Source of the DNA: Felis catus
Lineage: Eukaryota
Direction of reading: 5' to 3'
Assembly (NCBI RefSeq): GCF_018350175.1
Contig: NC_058373.1
Span: 117,926,001-117,990,000, forward strand
DNA: 64,000 nucleotides
Below the pieces are notes generated by a model that was not told the origin of the DNA, did no database searches, and saw only the letters and a list, made by a program, of their open reading frames with translations. The stretch's first letter is position 1. Each line of letters begins with the position of its first letter. Position numbers and translations under genes: made by a program. Shown in pieces: positions 26,301 to 37,469 of the stretch.

Positions 26301-27796
26301 ACTCCAACAGAAAGAGCTGAGATTAGAACCAGGAATGCAACTCCCCCCACCCTCTCTTCTCTGATATCTAAACTGAGTGCCACAGCAAGAGTGAGGTCTG
26401 GCTTATAAGTGGCCACAATTACACAACTTTCACAGGCACTGAAACCACTTTAGATTAGAATACAGTGTATCCAGATCACAGGCTGTATAAAGAGATGAAG
26501 ATTTGAAGTCCGTCTACACACATGACCTGCTGTTTGACCTTGGCTAAGTAAGTATGTATTTACTTCTCTCAGAATTGTGTCCTTAATAAAAAAAAAAAAA
26601 AAAAACAGAAATATAAACACACACCTCCAAGCAAGGGGAACTCCTTACAAAAGAAAGTTTCAATACAATTATCTATCTGTATATTCACAGTTATAAGCAT
26701 GACAAAACAGTTTACTGGTCTCATCCTTTTTAAACAAATAGTTGAGGAAAAGCCCTATTGGTTTATACAGAATAATTAAATAATAATAATAACAGTTATT
26801 CTTTTCTAAGCAGGCAGTTATAATAATAGATACATATGTGCATAATCAAGTCTGGCAGAAGGTGGCAGACATTCCCAGTTAAGTGCATACAAACCAGGGT
26901 TTTGATAACTTAATAAAAGAGTAAGTTGTTTAAAGTGTTGATAGCAGATTTGGGGGAGGGTGGCTTACCTGAACTAGAATATGAAGTAAGATTAGAATTT
27001 ATATGAAAAGCATTGTTTCCCAGATATGCAGGAATCAACCAGGATATATTATGTGACCGACTTACACACAGACCTTTATCAAATTCATAGTTATGTTACC
27101 TGCGTGGGTTTACTTGACTACATGGCCCTTATCTTGCTTGTACATGTAAGAAATGAGGGTTACTCGCACATCTAGGCTCAGACAATGTAGCTGCTAAATT
27201 AAATAACATGTACTACCCATTTACACATCATACAAATCTATCAGTGCTTTTAAATTCTATTTGTCCAGATGTGACCGCTTGGTTGTGGGGCCACCTGCCG
27301 TGTCCTCTTTGTGATCTGATCAGTCCAGGCGGCTCCTGTTTCTGCCTCTAACACCCTGTTGGGCAGTAATAAGATGTTAAAGGCGCCAACAGAGAGAAGC
27401 CAGGCTGTCAGCTTCAGAGAGGAAGGGGGTGAAGGGTACAAGGAGGAGGAATAAGAAAGGGAGTTGAGGGAAGATCAAAGAGGGAGGAAAAAAGCCAAAC
27501 TGCTAAGAGAAGAGATGTGGCTCTAGGAGCTAGGGACCCTAAGGAAGACCCCAAAGCAATGAGATTCAAATTGTGCCATCCAGTTACCCAAGCTATTGAA
27601 TTATTGAATGTCCCACATGGAAAAAGCCAGTATAATGAAGAATGGTCCATACTCAGGGTAGACAGAGCCCTACAGAGGTGTTGCATGAAACCTAAGCTTG
27701 TTTCTCCCCAGCACATTAACCTACCACCACTTTATTCCCCAATCCTAGAGGAAACCTTTGTGTGACCAGTTTCTGTAGAAGGCGTCGGTGTTGTTG

Positions 27797-27827
<31 letters not shown>

Positions 27828-28346
27828 GGAAAGAGAGAGAGCCTGGGACGCGCACAGAGAAAATGCTAATGTCGTTCAGCTCCGTTTCATTGTGAGGAGG
27901 GACACAAGAGGATAAAAACCTAGCTCTCCAAACCATTCTCCCTACTCCCCTCCTCCCAACGCCACCAACCATCCCTTTAGCTGGATGTGTTTCTGCGCTT
28001 TGTTCTAATTTATCCCATGCATAATTTATTTACGTGTGTATTGTTTCCCGATCAGCAACTTTTAAAAACAAATGAAATATAAAAGATGTTTTATTAAACA
28101 AGTTGTTTTTAAAAATAAAGACAGATGGTGTGGGTCTCCCAATAACAACGTGTGTGCTCCTGCCATAGGAGTTCAAAAACCGTCCGGAGTGCAGAAAGCT
28201 CGGCTGGGGGCGGGGGATGGGGGGTATTGTTTACACCTCCTTACCTCCAGGGAAAGGGGTCGAGATACAAAAAGGAGGGGCTAATTAAAAATGACCACTC
28301 AACTTCCACCTAGAAAAAGCAGGCAGGGGTGTTGTGTGCACGCTAG

Positions 28347-28349
28347 CGC

Positions 28350-28390
<41 letters not shown>
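28347..28390. repeat. (GC/GT)n alternating purine-pyrimidine tract
   Basis: GCGTGCGTGTGTG…; Z-DNA-prone composition at the CpG island edge. Confidence 0.85.
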
Positions 28391-28391
<1 letters not shown>

Positions 28392-28807
28392 TGACACAGA
28401 ATTACAAAACATCTCATTGCAACTGTCTCTACACAAAGTACAAGTATAATAATTCAGAACTAATTCCACTAACCAGCCCGCTTCTCTGTCCCTTCCTCCA
28501 CCTCTAACCCCACCCCACCCCAGACAACCTTGCCAAAAAGGCACCCTTCTGCAGTTCAAAAAACAAACAAACAAAAAAGCTGGAGCGAGCCGGGAAACCC
28601 TGGAGCGTAGAGAGATACTGCGCCTGCCCGCGCGTGAGCGGGCTCCAGGGTAACGAGGGTACCGCTTTCCCAGCAGGAAATAAAGCTGGCGCACATGTGA
28701 AATAGATTCCTCTAACTTGAGTTTACCAGGTGGCATCAGCCCGCCTGTGTGATTTCGGGGGGAAATGGGGAAACTGCAAATCAGCTGTGGGTTCAGTAGA
28801 AACTCAC

Positions 28808-28887
28808 AGCATCAGCGGTGTGCCTTCGCGAGCCGCCGGGAGCGAGGATGCGGCGAAGTTACGCCCATTTATTCTGCCATAAAACAT
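28808..28887 (-). CDS. DPF3: Candidate alternative first coding exon of DPF3: MFYGRINGRNFAASSLPAAREGTPLM(L)
   Basis: AAA ATG TTT TAT GGC AGA ATA AAT GGG CGT AAC TTC GCC GCA ... CTG ATG CT|GTGAGT. 80 nt = 26 codons + 2, the same phase as exon 1. The peptide resembles the human alternative DPF3 N-terminus as I recall it. Confidence 0.6.
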
Positions 28888-30582
28888 TTTCTTTCTTGGG
28901 CGAAACGCCGTGGCGTTCAAGTGCAGTGTATCCGAGCTTGCGAGCGAGAACTAAAGCCGGGAGCTGCTCTGTGATCAACATCAGCTTCCAGTATCCTCTT
29001 AACTGCAGCTTTAATATATATATGTATATTTAAAACTCCGATACGGGGGACATTACTACCTTTTTCCCTGTTAGTGAGGGGAGATAAGCTGGTGCAAACA
29101 CTTCCGATTCTCGTCGCGCGTTCCTTCGCGTAGGGAACCCCCCTACGCCCCCCACCACCACCAGTGCGAATCTGCTTTTCAACTCCAGGAGGAGCCTGGG
29201 GTGCCAACGCGGTGCGCTGAGTTGAAAGAACCTGGACTGGCATCGGCCACACACCCGGGAGAATTCTGCATGAAACGCCCCCCACTCGCGCCTTCCCCCC
29301 CCCCCCCACTCCCTTCGCCCGCGGCTACCAGCCCAGCTGGGAAGTCCGGGTCCCAGCGGCGCGGACCCCGACCCACGTCGCGCAGCGATCGGGAGGGAGA
29401 TCTCCTCTGCCAACATCATCGCCAATAGCACCCCTTTTAGAGCGACGCTAGTTTTCCGAAGCCTCCCCCGACTCCGCGATCGCGATCGGACTTGGCGGCT
29501 TAACAGTTCCACCGACTGGAAGGAAGGAGGGAAGGAAGGAAGGAAGCCAGGATGAAAAGGAGGGGGAAGGAAGGCAGGCAGGAATTGGCTGTCGGACCCA
29601 GGGACTGGTCCCCGCATGTCCTCGCCCAGCCCGCCCCCCTGCGTCCGGGATCTGGGCGTCCGCTCAAAGTCTCCCGGCTGCGGCCAGAGGCACCTGCCCC
29701 TCGCTCTGGCCGGGAGCAGAAGCCGCCGGCTCAGTCGGGGAGCCCCAAGCTGCCTCTATACCCGCCTCGGCTTTTCACCCAGCGGAGGCGAGAACACCAT
29801 TCATAAGACCTGCAGCTTCCCTGCCTCCAAATCAACCCCAAGTTAACCCGAGTCCTTAATTTACTACAGCCAGTTCGCCCACAAACACACACAGACACAC
29901 CGGTGACCGCCCGGAGCGCCGTCACGCTCCGGGGGCTGCCCCAGCAGGAAAGCCCCGGGCAACCACCTGGGCCCCAGGGCTCCCGGGACCCACTGCTCCC
30001 CCTGCGGTCCTCCCAACTCCGGAAGGTTTGCACAAACTCCCCGCAAGCGATCGGAAGGCGTAGAGCGCCCTGCAAACTCCAGAGCTGCCACGGTCCGCTC
30101 GCCCCGGCGGACCAAGCAGCCGGGCAGGGGCTGCGGACTCAGGAGGCGCGGGGCTCAGCCAAGTGCACCCAGGCGGCCCCTGCCCGGCGCTCGCCCCCAG
30201 CTCGGCCGCCCCCCGCGCCGCACTCGCCGCCCCGCGAGGCCGGGCACTCGGGGGACTGTGCTGTCCCCGAGCTGCCCACGACCCCCCTATACAGCACTCG
30301 AGCGCCTGGCTCCTCTGCCGCTAACCCCTCTCGGCCAGTCCTCCAATTAAGCAGAACACAAATGTAACAATTTTCTTCTTGTTAATTGCATCTCTTGACA
30401 TTTCTGCGCGTTGGGGGAAAAAAAAAGAAGATGAAGAAGTAAGAGCTGAAAGAAAAGAGAAGCCCCGCCGCGGCTGCAGGCGCCTGCAAGCGCAGTGCAT
30501 TGGCAGCGCTCAGCACGCGGAAGGCGCCTTTTTTTTCATATTGAAACCAGGCGGAATATGTACATTTTTTAGTCTTACTTAC

Positions 30583-30614
30583 GCTTTCAGGGGGTTGTGA
30601 ATGACAGTCGCCAT
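30583..30614 (-). CDS. DPF3: DPF3 (BAF45C/CERD4) first coding exon, 32 nt: MATVIHNPLK(A)
   Basis: Minus strand reads GCAAA ATG GCG ACT GTC ATT CAC AAC CCC CTG AAA GC|GTAAGT. The peptide matches the known DPF3 N-terminus MATVIHNPLKA(LGDQFYKE...). Strong Kozak context (A at -3, G at +4), canonical phase-2 donor at 30582-30577, located in a CpG island. Confidence 0.93.
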
Positions 30615-30680
30615 TTTGCTACAATGTAACAGAATATTGTCTGTCTCAGAGTTCTAAAGGTTCGCTCAGGGGAAGCGGCG

Positions 30681-30750
30681 AGCCAATCAGAGCACGGGAT
30701 ACCGGCCCGCTGGCCAATTGGCGCTGCTGGTCGCCAGGTGGGCGGGGCCA
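30681..30750 (-). promoter_or_regulatory. DPF3 proximal promoter elements: two CCAAT boxes and a GC box
   Basis: AGCCAATCAG at 30681-30690 (NF-Y consensus), palindromic CCAATTGG at 30714-30721, GGGCGGGG at 30740-30747 (Sp/KLF). All are about 70-135 nt upstream of the ATG. No TATA box seen. Confidence 0.7.
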
Positions 30751-31929
30751 GCACGTTGGTAGTTATTAGGGGAGCTGTCAAAGCCCAGAGGTCACTCCCT
30801 TTTGTAGAGCCCGAGAGCAAGCAGGTCTTAAAGGGGCAGTACCGCTCGAGCAGCTCCTGTTTGGATTTGGGAAAGTGGAGAAGCACCGGAGAGTGTTCTA
30901 GTTTGGTTTGAGTCCCTACTTTCTAAAGAATTGCAGAGAGTTTGCGCTCCTTGACAGAAATATTTAAGTACTGCCAACAAACCACTGAACCCCATTCATT
31001 AGCTTTTGGCTTTGCTGTAACGTTTTTAATCCCCCAAAGGGCAAATCTCCTTGTTCCCCTGCAAAAGTTGGAAGGCTGCCGTTTCGTCTAACAAATTACT
31101 ACACGTGCCCAGCCGTCTGCTAATGCTCTGGGTCCTAAGGCTTGTTAATATTCTCATTCCCGTAGTGTTTTCTTTATCTCGGCCACCTTTCTCTCTTGGT
31201 TTCTTGGAACTGCTGCCGCCGTTCCTGGCGACTCCAGGACAGCAACTCCCCTCCTCCTGGAATGTCTCAATGTCAGGCTCGCTCCCTCCTACAGCCAGGG
31301 CTTCCGTTACGTAATGCGCGGTGGTCACTCTGCGCGGTTCCCCACTACCACCTCTTTTAATCTACAAACACCAGAAACTTCTGAAACGATCAGATTTCGG
31401 ACGGCTGGGGAGCCAAGTGGGACCTGGCGCTCTGACCTTTAGGCTTAGGGATAGAGGAGGTTTAAGGAAACTTTTGGAAACGCTTCCTGCTACTAGGAAA
31501 GAGTAACTAGACAGAAGGTGTTGCCAGAGACTCTTTCGGGGAGTAGCACACGCGATTCTGGCGTCACCTTTCACTCCTTAGATACAAAGTGGAAAAAATT
31601 TGCCAATGAAAAATCCGGTATGACCCGAGGCGTTCAGAGTCGTGTCTGCCCCCAAGTCATTGTGAACTTCTCACTGGCGAACCCCCGACAAAATTGGGAG
31701 ACTTCTGTGAAGCCAGGCTTCCACTGGGCATCCGGGAAGCTCCCGGTGGATGAAAACCCACTAAATCATGAATAGGGGCCTCGTTAGCATACAGAAATCT
31801 GGCTAACATCCCAAAGTTGTTTAATCAGGTCAAATAGCTAAAATAGAGGAGGAGGGGTAAAAGGGGGAGAGGAGATGCCCAACTGCCAGTTCTTCAGGGC
31901 TGTGCCCTCTCACTTCCTTTCTCAGTGGC

Positions 31930-31947
31930 AATAAATAAATAAATAGA

Positions 31948-31986
<39 letters not shown>
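31930..31986. repeat. (TAAA)n microsatellite
   Basis: Direct reading. Confidence 0.92.
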
Positions 31987-32779
31987 AGTTCCAGAACTTT
32001 CAGAGTTCAATTCCATACACTATTAGAGTTACAGAAAAACAGAACAGGGCTGACTGGGTATGTTTGTAAGGCTTGAAATTTTTAACTCCTTTTTTCTGCC
32101 TAATTAATAGCATAGTCAAGTCCTATAGATTGCTTTGTAACTCCTTTGCATGGCATCTTGCCATTTGAAAAAAGTTACCCATTTTTCTAAAATTAAAGTT
32201 TGAAAAATCCCTTTCTTACTGATTTGTCAAGGGACTCCTTCAAAAGCTGGTTGTTGGCCTGGAATGGGGTTTGACAACCTTAAAAAGCAAACACTGTATT
32301 CAACCTGCCCCAAGAACTATGATGAGTTTGAAGTATCAGCCAGAACTCCCACCATCCTCTTTGAGATATCAAAACCGCAGCAATTCAGACTGGAAGACAA
32401 CAGCGTATTTTAATATATATATTTAATATATTTATTAATATATTAATATCATAATATCATATTATCATATTAATATCATATATTTAATATATGATAAAGG
32501 AAGCAGGAAATGTAGAACCTGCCGTGCATGAGGCTTACAATTTTATAAGAGAGGGAAAACAAATTTATATTACAAATTAAAAAAATATATAGACTCTCAG
32601 CATGTATAATCATTTACTGTGTTAAGGCCCAGGTGCAGAAACCAGCATAATTCCTAACTACCTGGCACAGCTGAAAATGGCAGGTCAGATCTGTCTTCAC
32701 TTTGAGAAATTTTAACTCAGAACTTAAACACTTAAGTTGCATTTTATAATGAGTAAATTGCAAAAAAATAAAGACAGGA

Positions 32780-33014
32780 TTTTTTTTAATTTTGTTTTTA
32801 ATGTTTATTTATTTTTGAGAGAGAGAGAGAGAAAGAGAGACAAAGCATGAACGGGGGAGGGGGAAAAAGAGAGAGGGAGACACAGAATCCGAAGCAGGCT
32901 CCAGGCTCTGAACTGTCAGCACAGAGCCCCACATGGGGCTTGAACCCATGAACCGTGAGATCATGACCTGAGCTGAAGTCCAATGCTCAACCGACTGAGC
33001 CACCCAGGCACCCC
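32780..33014 (-). mobile_element. CAN-SINE
   Basis: Full reverse-complement element. Confidence 0.9.
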
Positions 33015-33342
33015 AAAACAAGATATTTTTAAAGTAGGATAGCCTTGCTTTTTATAATCTAATGGAATGTCTTTTTAAGTCTATCAATGGAGTAACTTTT
33101 GAATAAACAGAATTGTTGTGAATTCACCTTTTATAATTCTAAGACATATAAGAGTTATTTTAACTTTGGTTTTTATATTATAGATCAAGATTATTTTCTA
33201 CAATAAAGTGGGTTCTATCACTTTGCAAATGGCCTGATCATTCAGTGAGGCCAGATTTTCCAAATAGGTCTTAAAATGTACTGATTCCATCCCACAAAAA
33301 GGCAGAATGCTCAGAAGCAAGGAAGCTTAAAGTGGACATGTT

Positions 33343-33573
33343 TGTTTTTATTTATTTATTTATTTATTTTAGTGTTCATTTATTTTTGAGACAGAGACAG
33401 ACAGAATGTGAGCAGGAGAGGGGCAGAGAGAGAGGAAGACACAGAATCCGAAGCAGGCTCCAGGCTCTGAGTGGTCAGCAGAGAGCCTGATGTGGGGCTC
33501 GAACCCATGAACTGGGGGACCATGGCCTGAGCCGAAGTCGGACGCTTAACCAACTGAGCTACCCAGATGCCCC
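33343..33573 (-). mobile_element. CAN-SINE
   Basis: Reverse-complement element; flanks TTAAAGTGGACATGTTT / TTAAAGTGGGCATGTTT. Confidence 0.9.
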
Positions 33574-34332
33574 TTAAAGTGGGCATGTTTAAAGGAGACT
33601 GGAATCTTGAACAATTTTGGAGAATGTTAAGTTTTACATTAATTTTGCAAAGAAGTGTGGGCCTTGGAATCCACTTGTAGCTGGGTCATCTTGGGCAAGT
33701 TTACTTAGCAACTTGAATGTTTCAGTTTCCTCATCTGAAAAATGTCAATAATAATGGAACCTACTTCATACGGCTCTTTTTCAGGACATATGTCAAGTGC
33801 CTGGCACATAGCAAGCTCTCAATTCATGCTGATTATTATTTTTTATAGAGATGTTTAATTATTTCCTGATGGCATAAGGAATGTAGGGAATCTGAATAAA
33901 AAGACACAACAAAAGGTAAAATGTCTATCAAGTTTAGTTTTTTAAATTCACTAACTCAAGAAAAATAAGCAAAGGACAACTTTCATAACAAAATAATAGG
34001 ACTACTTCAGTTAGGGGTCATATAACTACGGAAGCCCCCAAAATGTCTTCTTGCTGATGGTGCTATCAAGACACCTTGAAAATCCCATCTCTAAAGCGCT
34101 ATAGATATTCTATAGAAATATAGATATAGATATTCTCTATCGATATAGATTTAAATACACTCCATCTTCCCCCCATCCCTTTCTATTTCTTTCTTTCTCA
34201 TTTTTTTTCTTTTTTTCTTTTTTTAGTATAGTTGCCCACCTCTTTCATCTTGATTTAGCTGGTTGGGTAGCTTAATTTGGAGGTCAGAGTGGGCCTGGAA
34301 TAACCAATCTCCACCCCACCTGGAAAGTCAAG

Positions 34333-34660
34333 AGCTATGCTATCCAACATGGGAGCCATGAGTCGAATGTAGCTACAAAGCACTTGAAATGTGGCTAGTC
34401 CAAATGGAGATGGGTGGTAACTGTTAAGTACGTACCAGATTAAATAGTACAAAAAAAAAAAAAAAGAATGTAAAATAGCTCATTAATGATTTTCGTATTG
34501 ATTATACGTCAAAATGACATTTTTTTGGATGTACTAGGTTAAGTAAAAAATGTTATTAAAGCTAATCTCACCCGTTTCTTTTTACTTTTTAAATGTGGCT
34601 ATTAGGAAATCTAAAATTACTTACGTGGCTGGTGTTGTATGTCTATTATATAGCATTGCT
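34333..34660. mobile_element. MER33-like hAT-Charlie element
   Basis: AGCACTTGAAATGTGGCTAGTCCAAAT…AAAAGAATGTAAAATA…TTTCTTTTTACTTTTTAAATGTGGCTA, as I recall the MER33 consensus. Confidence 0.75.
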
Positions 34661-35999
34661 CTAGACAGTGTGTGTGACCAGGGAAAGGAGGAGGAAGGCT
34701 TTCTCAATCATGTCAATCCATCTGGTGGAGCCTGTTCTCAAATTCAGCCTTAACATCAGTTAGCAAAACTCCTTGGCCCAGCTCAAGTATGTGTTCAGCG
34801 CCACCATCCAAAGGAATATTTGGGGGTGTGGCCAAGGACCCAAGGACCCAAACCACAAGGGGCACCCAAGTCCATTTTCTCTTAAAAAGTTTGAGGGCTG
34901 TTTCAGCAGACAACGAGCCAAAACTGTGAGGAGATGCCCATGCAGAAGCAGGGAAGAACGGCATTTCTGTAACAAGTCTTGGCCTTTGCAGCTGACTTTT
35001 TTTAAGCACATCAAAATAAGAGAGAGAAGGGAAGAAGATGCAGAAATCACCAAGAGCCAAAGAGTTCGTTTGAAAGAGGAAGTGTGCCGCAAAAGCTATC
35101 CAAAATAAATGCAGTACCTAACAGTCTCCGGGAGCTGAGGAGTTTTAAGTCCTGTGAGAGCTTAAAAAATAAGAACAAACTCACCATCAATCCCTCTGTT
35201 CATTCATCTGCAGAACAATCAGTCACGGCCTTGGCGGTCGATGGGCCATGCCGGTTCCCTGAGATCCAGAGCTAGCTCTGGTATGTTCTAGACACCAAGC
35301 TGAAAAGGGGGTATCAGAACTGTCATCTGGTTTTCTCTCCGCTTGGGAATGTGGGTGGGAAGGGTCTCACTCCCTTCACAACATCTCAAAGCACAGAGGA
35401 AAAAAAGTCAAGTTCTGGGTGTGTGAGATGCTCCTAGGGCCAGACCTCTGAAAGCTCTTATTTCAGAGTAAAGCCAAAGTAGAAACCAATGCTTGCTGCT
35501 GCCCACTAATTCAGTTCATTCATTCACTCATCCATTGGAGGCTCTCTTTGAGGGAGGCATTGTGCTAGGCACAGGTGGCGAAATAAAAATAAACCAGACA
35601 GGGAAAAAACCCGCAAAAAGCAATTCCCATCCATCTGGAGACAGAATAAAGATAGTAGGCCCAACCCTACAAGCAAGCAGAGTAATTACTTGATGTGACT
35701 TAAAAGGGAAAAGCAGCCTGCCCAACCAGGCTCTCCTTGTCCCGGCACGGTGCCCATAATCCCAGTGGATGCATCCTTGGGTGTTTATTGAGCGTATTCA
35801 ACTTCTTTGGGTTTTCAAGGTTTCGTGGTATCGAGACTTTCACAAATGGGTCTAAAACAGGGGAGAAGTGATATATATCAAAGAACCTTAGTGGAGGGAG
35901 AGAGTACCTCCAACATTGCAGGGGAGGGAAAGGCTTTGTGGAGACGGTCACATTTAATTTGGGCCTTGGTTGGGTAGACGTTAGAAATGAGCCAAGGAA

Positions 36000-36220
36000 G
36001 GGGCGCCTGGGTGGCGCAGTCGGTTAAGCGGCCGACTTCAGCCAGGTCACGATCTCGCGGTCCGCGAGTTCGAGCCCCGCGTCGGGCTCTGGGCTGATGG
36101 CTCGGAGCCTGGAGCCTGTTTCCGATTCTGTGTCTCCCTCTCTCTCTGCCCCTCCCCCGTTCATGCTCTGTCTCTCTCTGTCCCAAAAATAAATAAACAT
36201 TGAAAAAAAAATTAAAAAAA
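36000..36220 (+). mobile_element. Young CAN-SINE with a perfect 17-bp TSD
   Basis: AGAAATGAGCCAAGGAA at 35983-35999 and 36221-36237. Confidence 0.95.
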
Positions 36221-37432
36221 AGAAATGAGCCAAGGAATGAAAGGCTTTTCAGACCCAAACCATAACCTAAGGACAACTAATTCATACAGCAAATATTTGC
36301 AAGTTCCCTGCCCTGTGCCACCCTGCCTCCTCTATGCTGGACCTTGGGATACAGAGAGACCGAAGACAGTTCCCACCTTTAAAGGTGAGGGAGGGAGAAT
36401 GCAAAGCCATGAAGCAGAGGAACAGGGGGCACTGTGGGATTGGATGACGCACACTGACCAGACAGGAAGGTCAGGGTTGTCTTCATAGAGGTGATGCCTG
36501 AGCTGAGTCCTGAATGCCCTGTAGGAGGAAAGATGTCCCCACGGAAGCGGCAGCATGTATAAAAGCCCTCGGGGAAGTGAGAGAGAGCATCATGATTTCA
36601 GGGGATCCCTTTGGTAGGCAGGTAGTTGCAGGGGTATGGGTGAGACAGAAAAAGCTAGAGAGACAAGCAGTGGGTGCCAATGCTAAGACGTGCAGAGTTT
36701 GATCTGGAAGGCAATCAGGCAACACTGAAAGATCTTAAGCTACAGGTGAAAATGAAAAGGCTGCCTTTTTAGAAAGCGCTTTTCTTCAGCAGTGTGACCA
36801 TAAATTGGAGGGAAGCTGAGCTGGAGGCCTGGGAACCTGTTAAGCAGCTGTGGCATGGGAGTGAAGATGAGGGGCAGGATCAGGGATTTCTAAGGAAGTA
36901 GAACGTGCAGGACTTGGTGGCAGGCACGCTGTGGGCTTGAGGGAGGTGGAGGGCCCAGGATAATGCCAGGTTTCTGGCTTCTGGGAAAGGACACCAGTCA
37001 GCTCCAGTTGCCCAGAGAAACATGAAGTCAAAGCCAAGGCCGGAAGACTGGAGGCCAATGAAGCATTGAGACGTTCCATTGTGGGAGGGGGGCTTGCCTT
37101 ACTGGAATACCTTAGTCCCCATCCCCTAATTGCCCCCTGAAATTGATATAAATCTCTTCCTCTGGCAGAACAGTGACCTAGGCTGGGATTCTCTCAAGCC
37201 CCCCTCCTCTGGCTCTGTCCTTGAGCTGAATGGATTCCACCTTGTATCAAGGGCCTCTTCCAAATCCCTCCCTCCTAATCCCACCCTTTCTTTCAGGGCA
37301 TGCTCTGAATCGGCTTAAAGGACTCTCCCTCCCGGGTAGTTGCATCTTAATAGGGGACTCTAGGACACCCCGAAACCTTCACAAGGAGGGGATCAAGACT
37401 TCATGAGACACATGGTATACACACACGTGCAT

Positions 37433-37469
<37 letters not shown>

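Larger units (their letters stand above)
1..30582 (-). other. DPF3: DPF3 intron 1 (partial; continues past the window start)
   Basis: Follows the GTAAGT donor. The exon-2 peptide (LGDQFYKEAIEHCRSYNSRL) is not in the ORF track and I did not see it by eye. Confidence 0.85.
28580..30900. promoter_or_regulatory. CpG island over the DPF3 promoter, exon 1 and the start of intron 1
   Basis: Very high GC and dense CpG (e.g. 29100-30330, 30460-30530, 30660-30760) compared with the CpG-depleted flanks. Boundaries judged by eye. Confidence 0.9.

Noticed and set aside
29030..30367. Long GC-rich ORFs (195 aa, 154 aa, 130 aa and others) in the CpG island
   Set aside because: Pro/Arg/Gly/Ala-rich, overlapping on both strands, no recognisable domain; stop codons are simply rare in GC-rich DNA.
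30509..30528. REST/RE1-like sequence CTCAGCACGCGGAAGGCGCC in intron 1 (plus a half-site near 30255-30275)
   Set aside because: Half-site spacing is one base short of canonical and there are several mismatches; not supportable without ChIP data.
31830..31850. Possible MEF2 site GCTAAAATAG about 1.2 kb upstream of the ATG
   Set aside because: One A/T short of the YTA(W)4TAR consensus.
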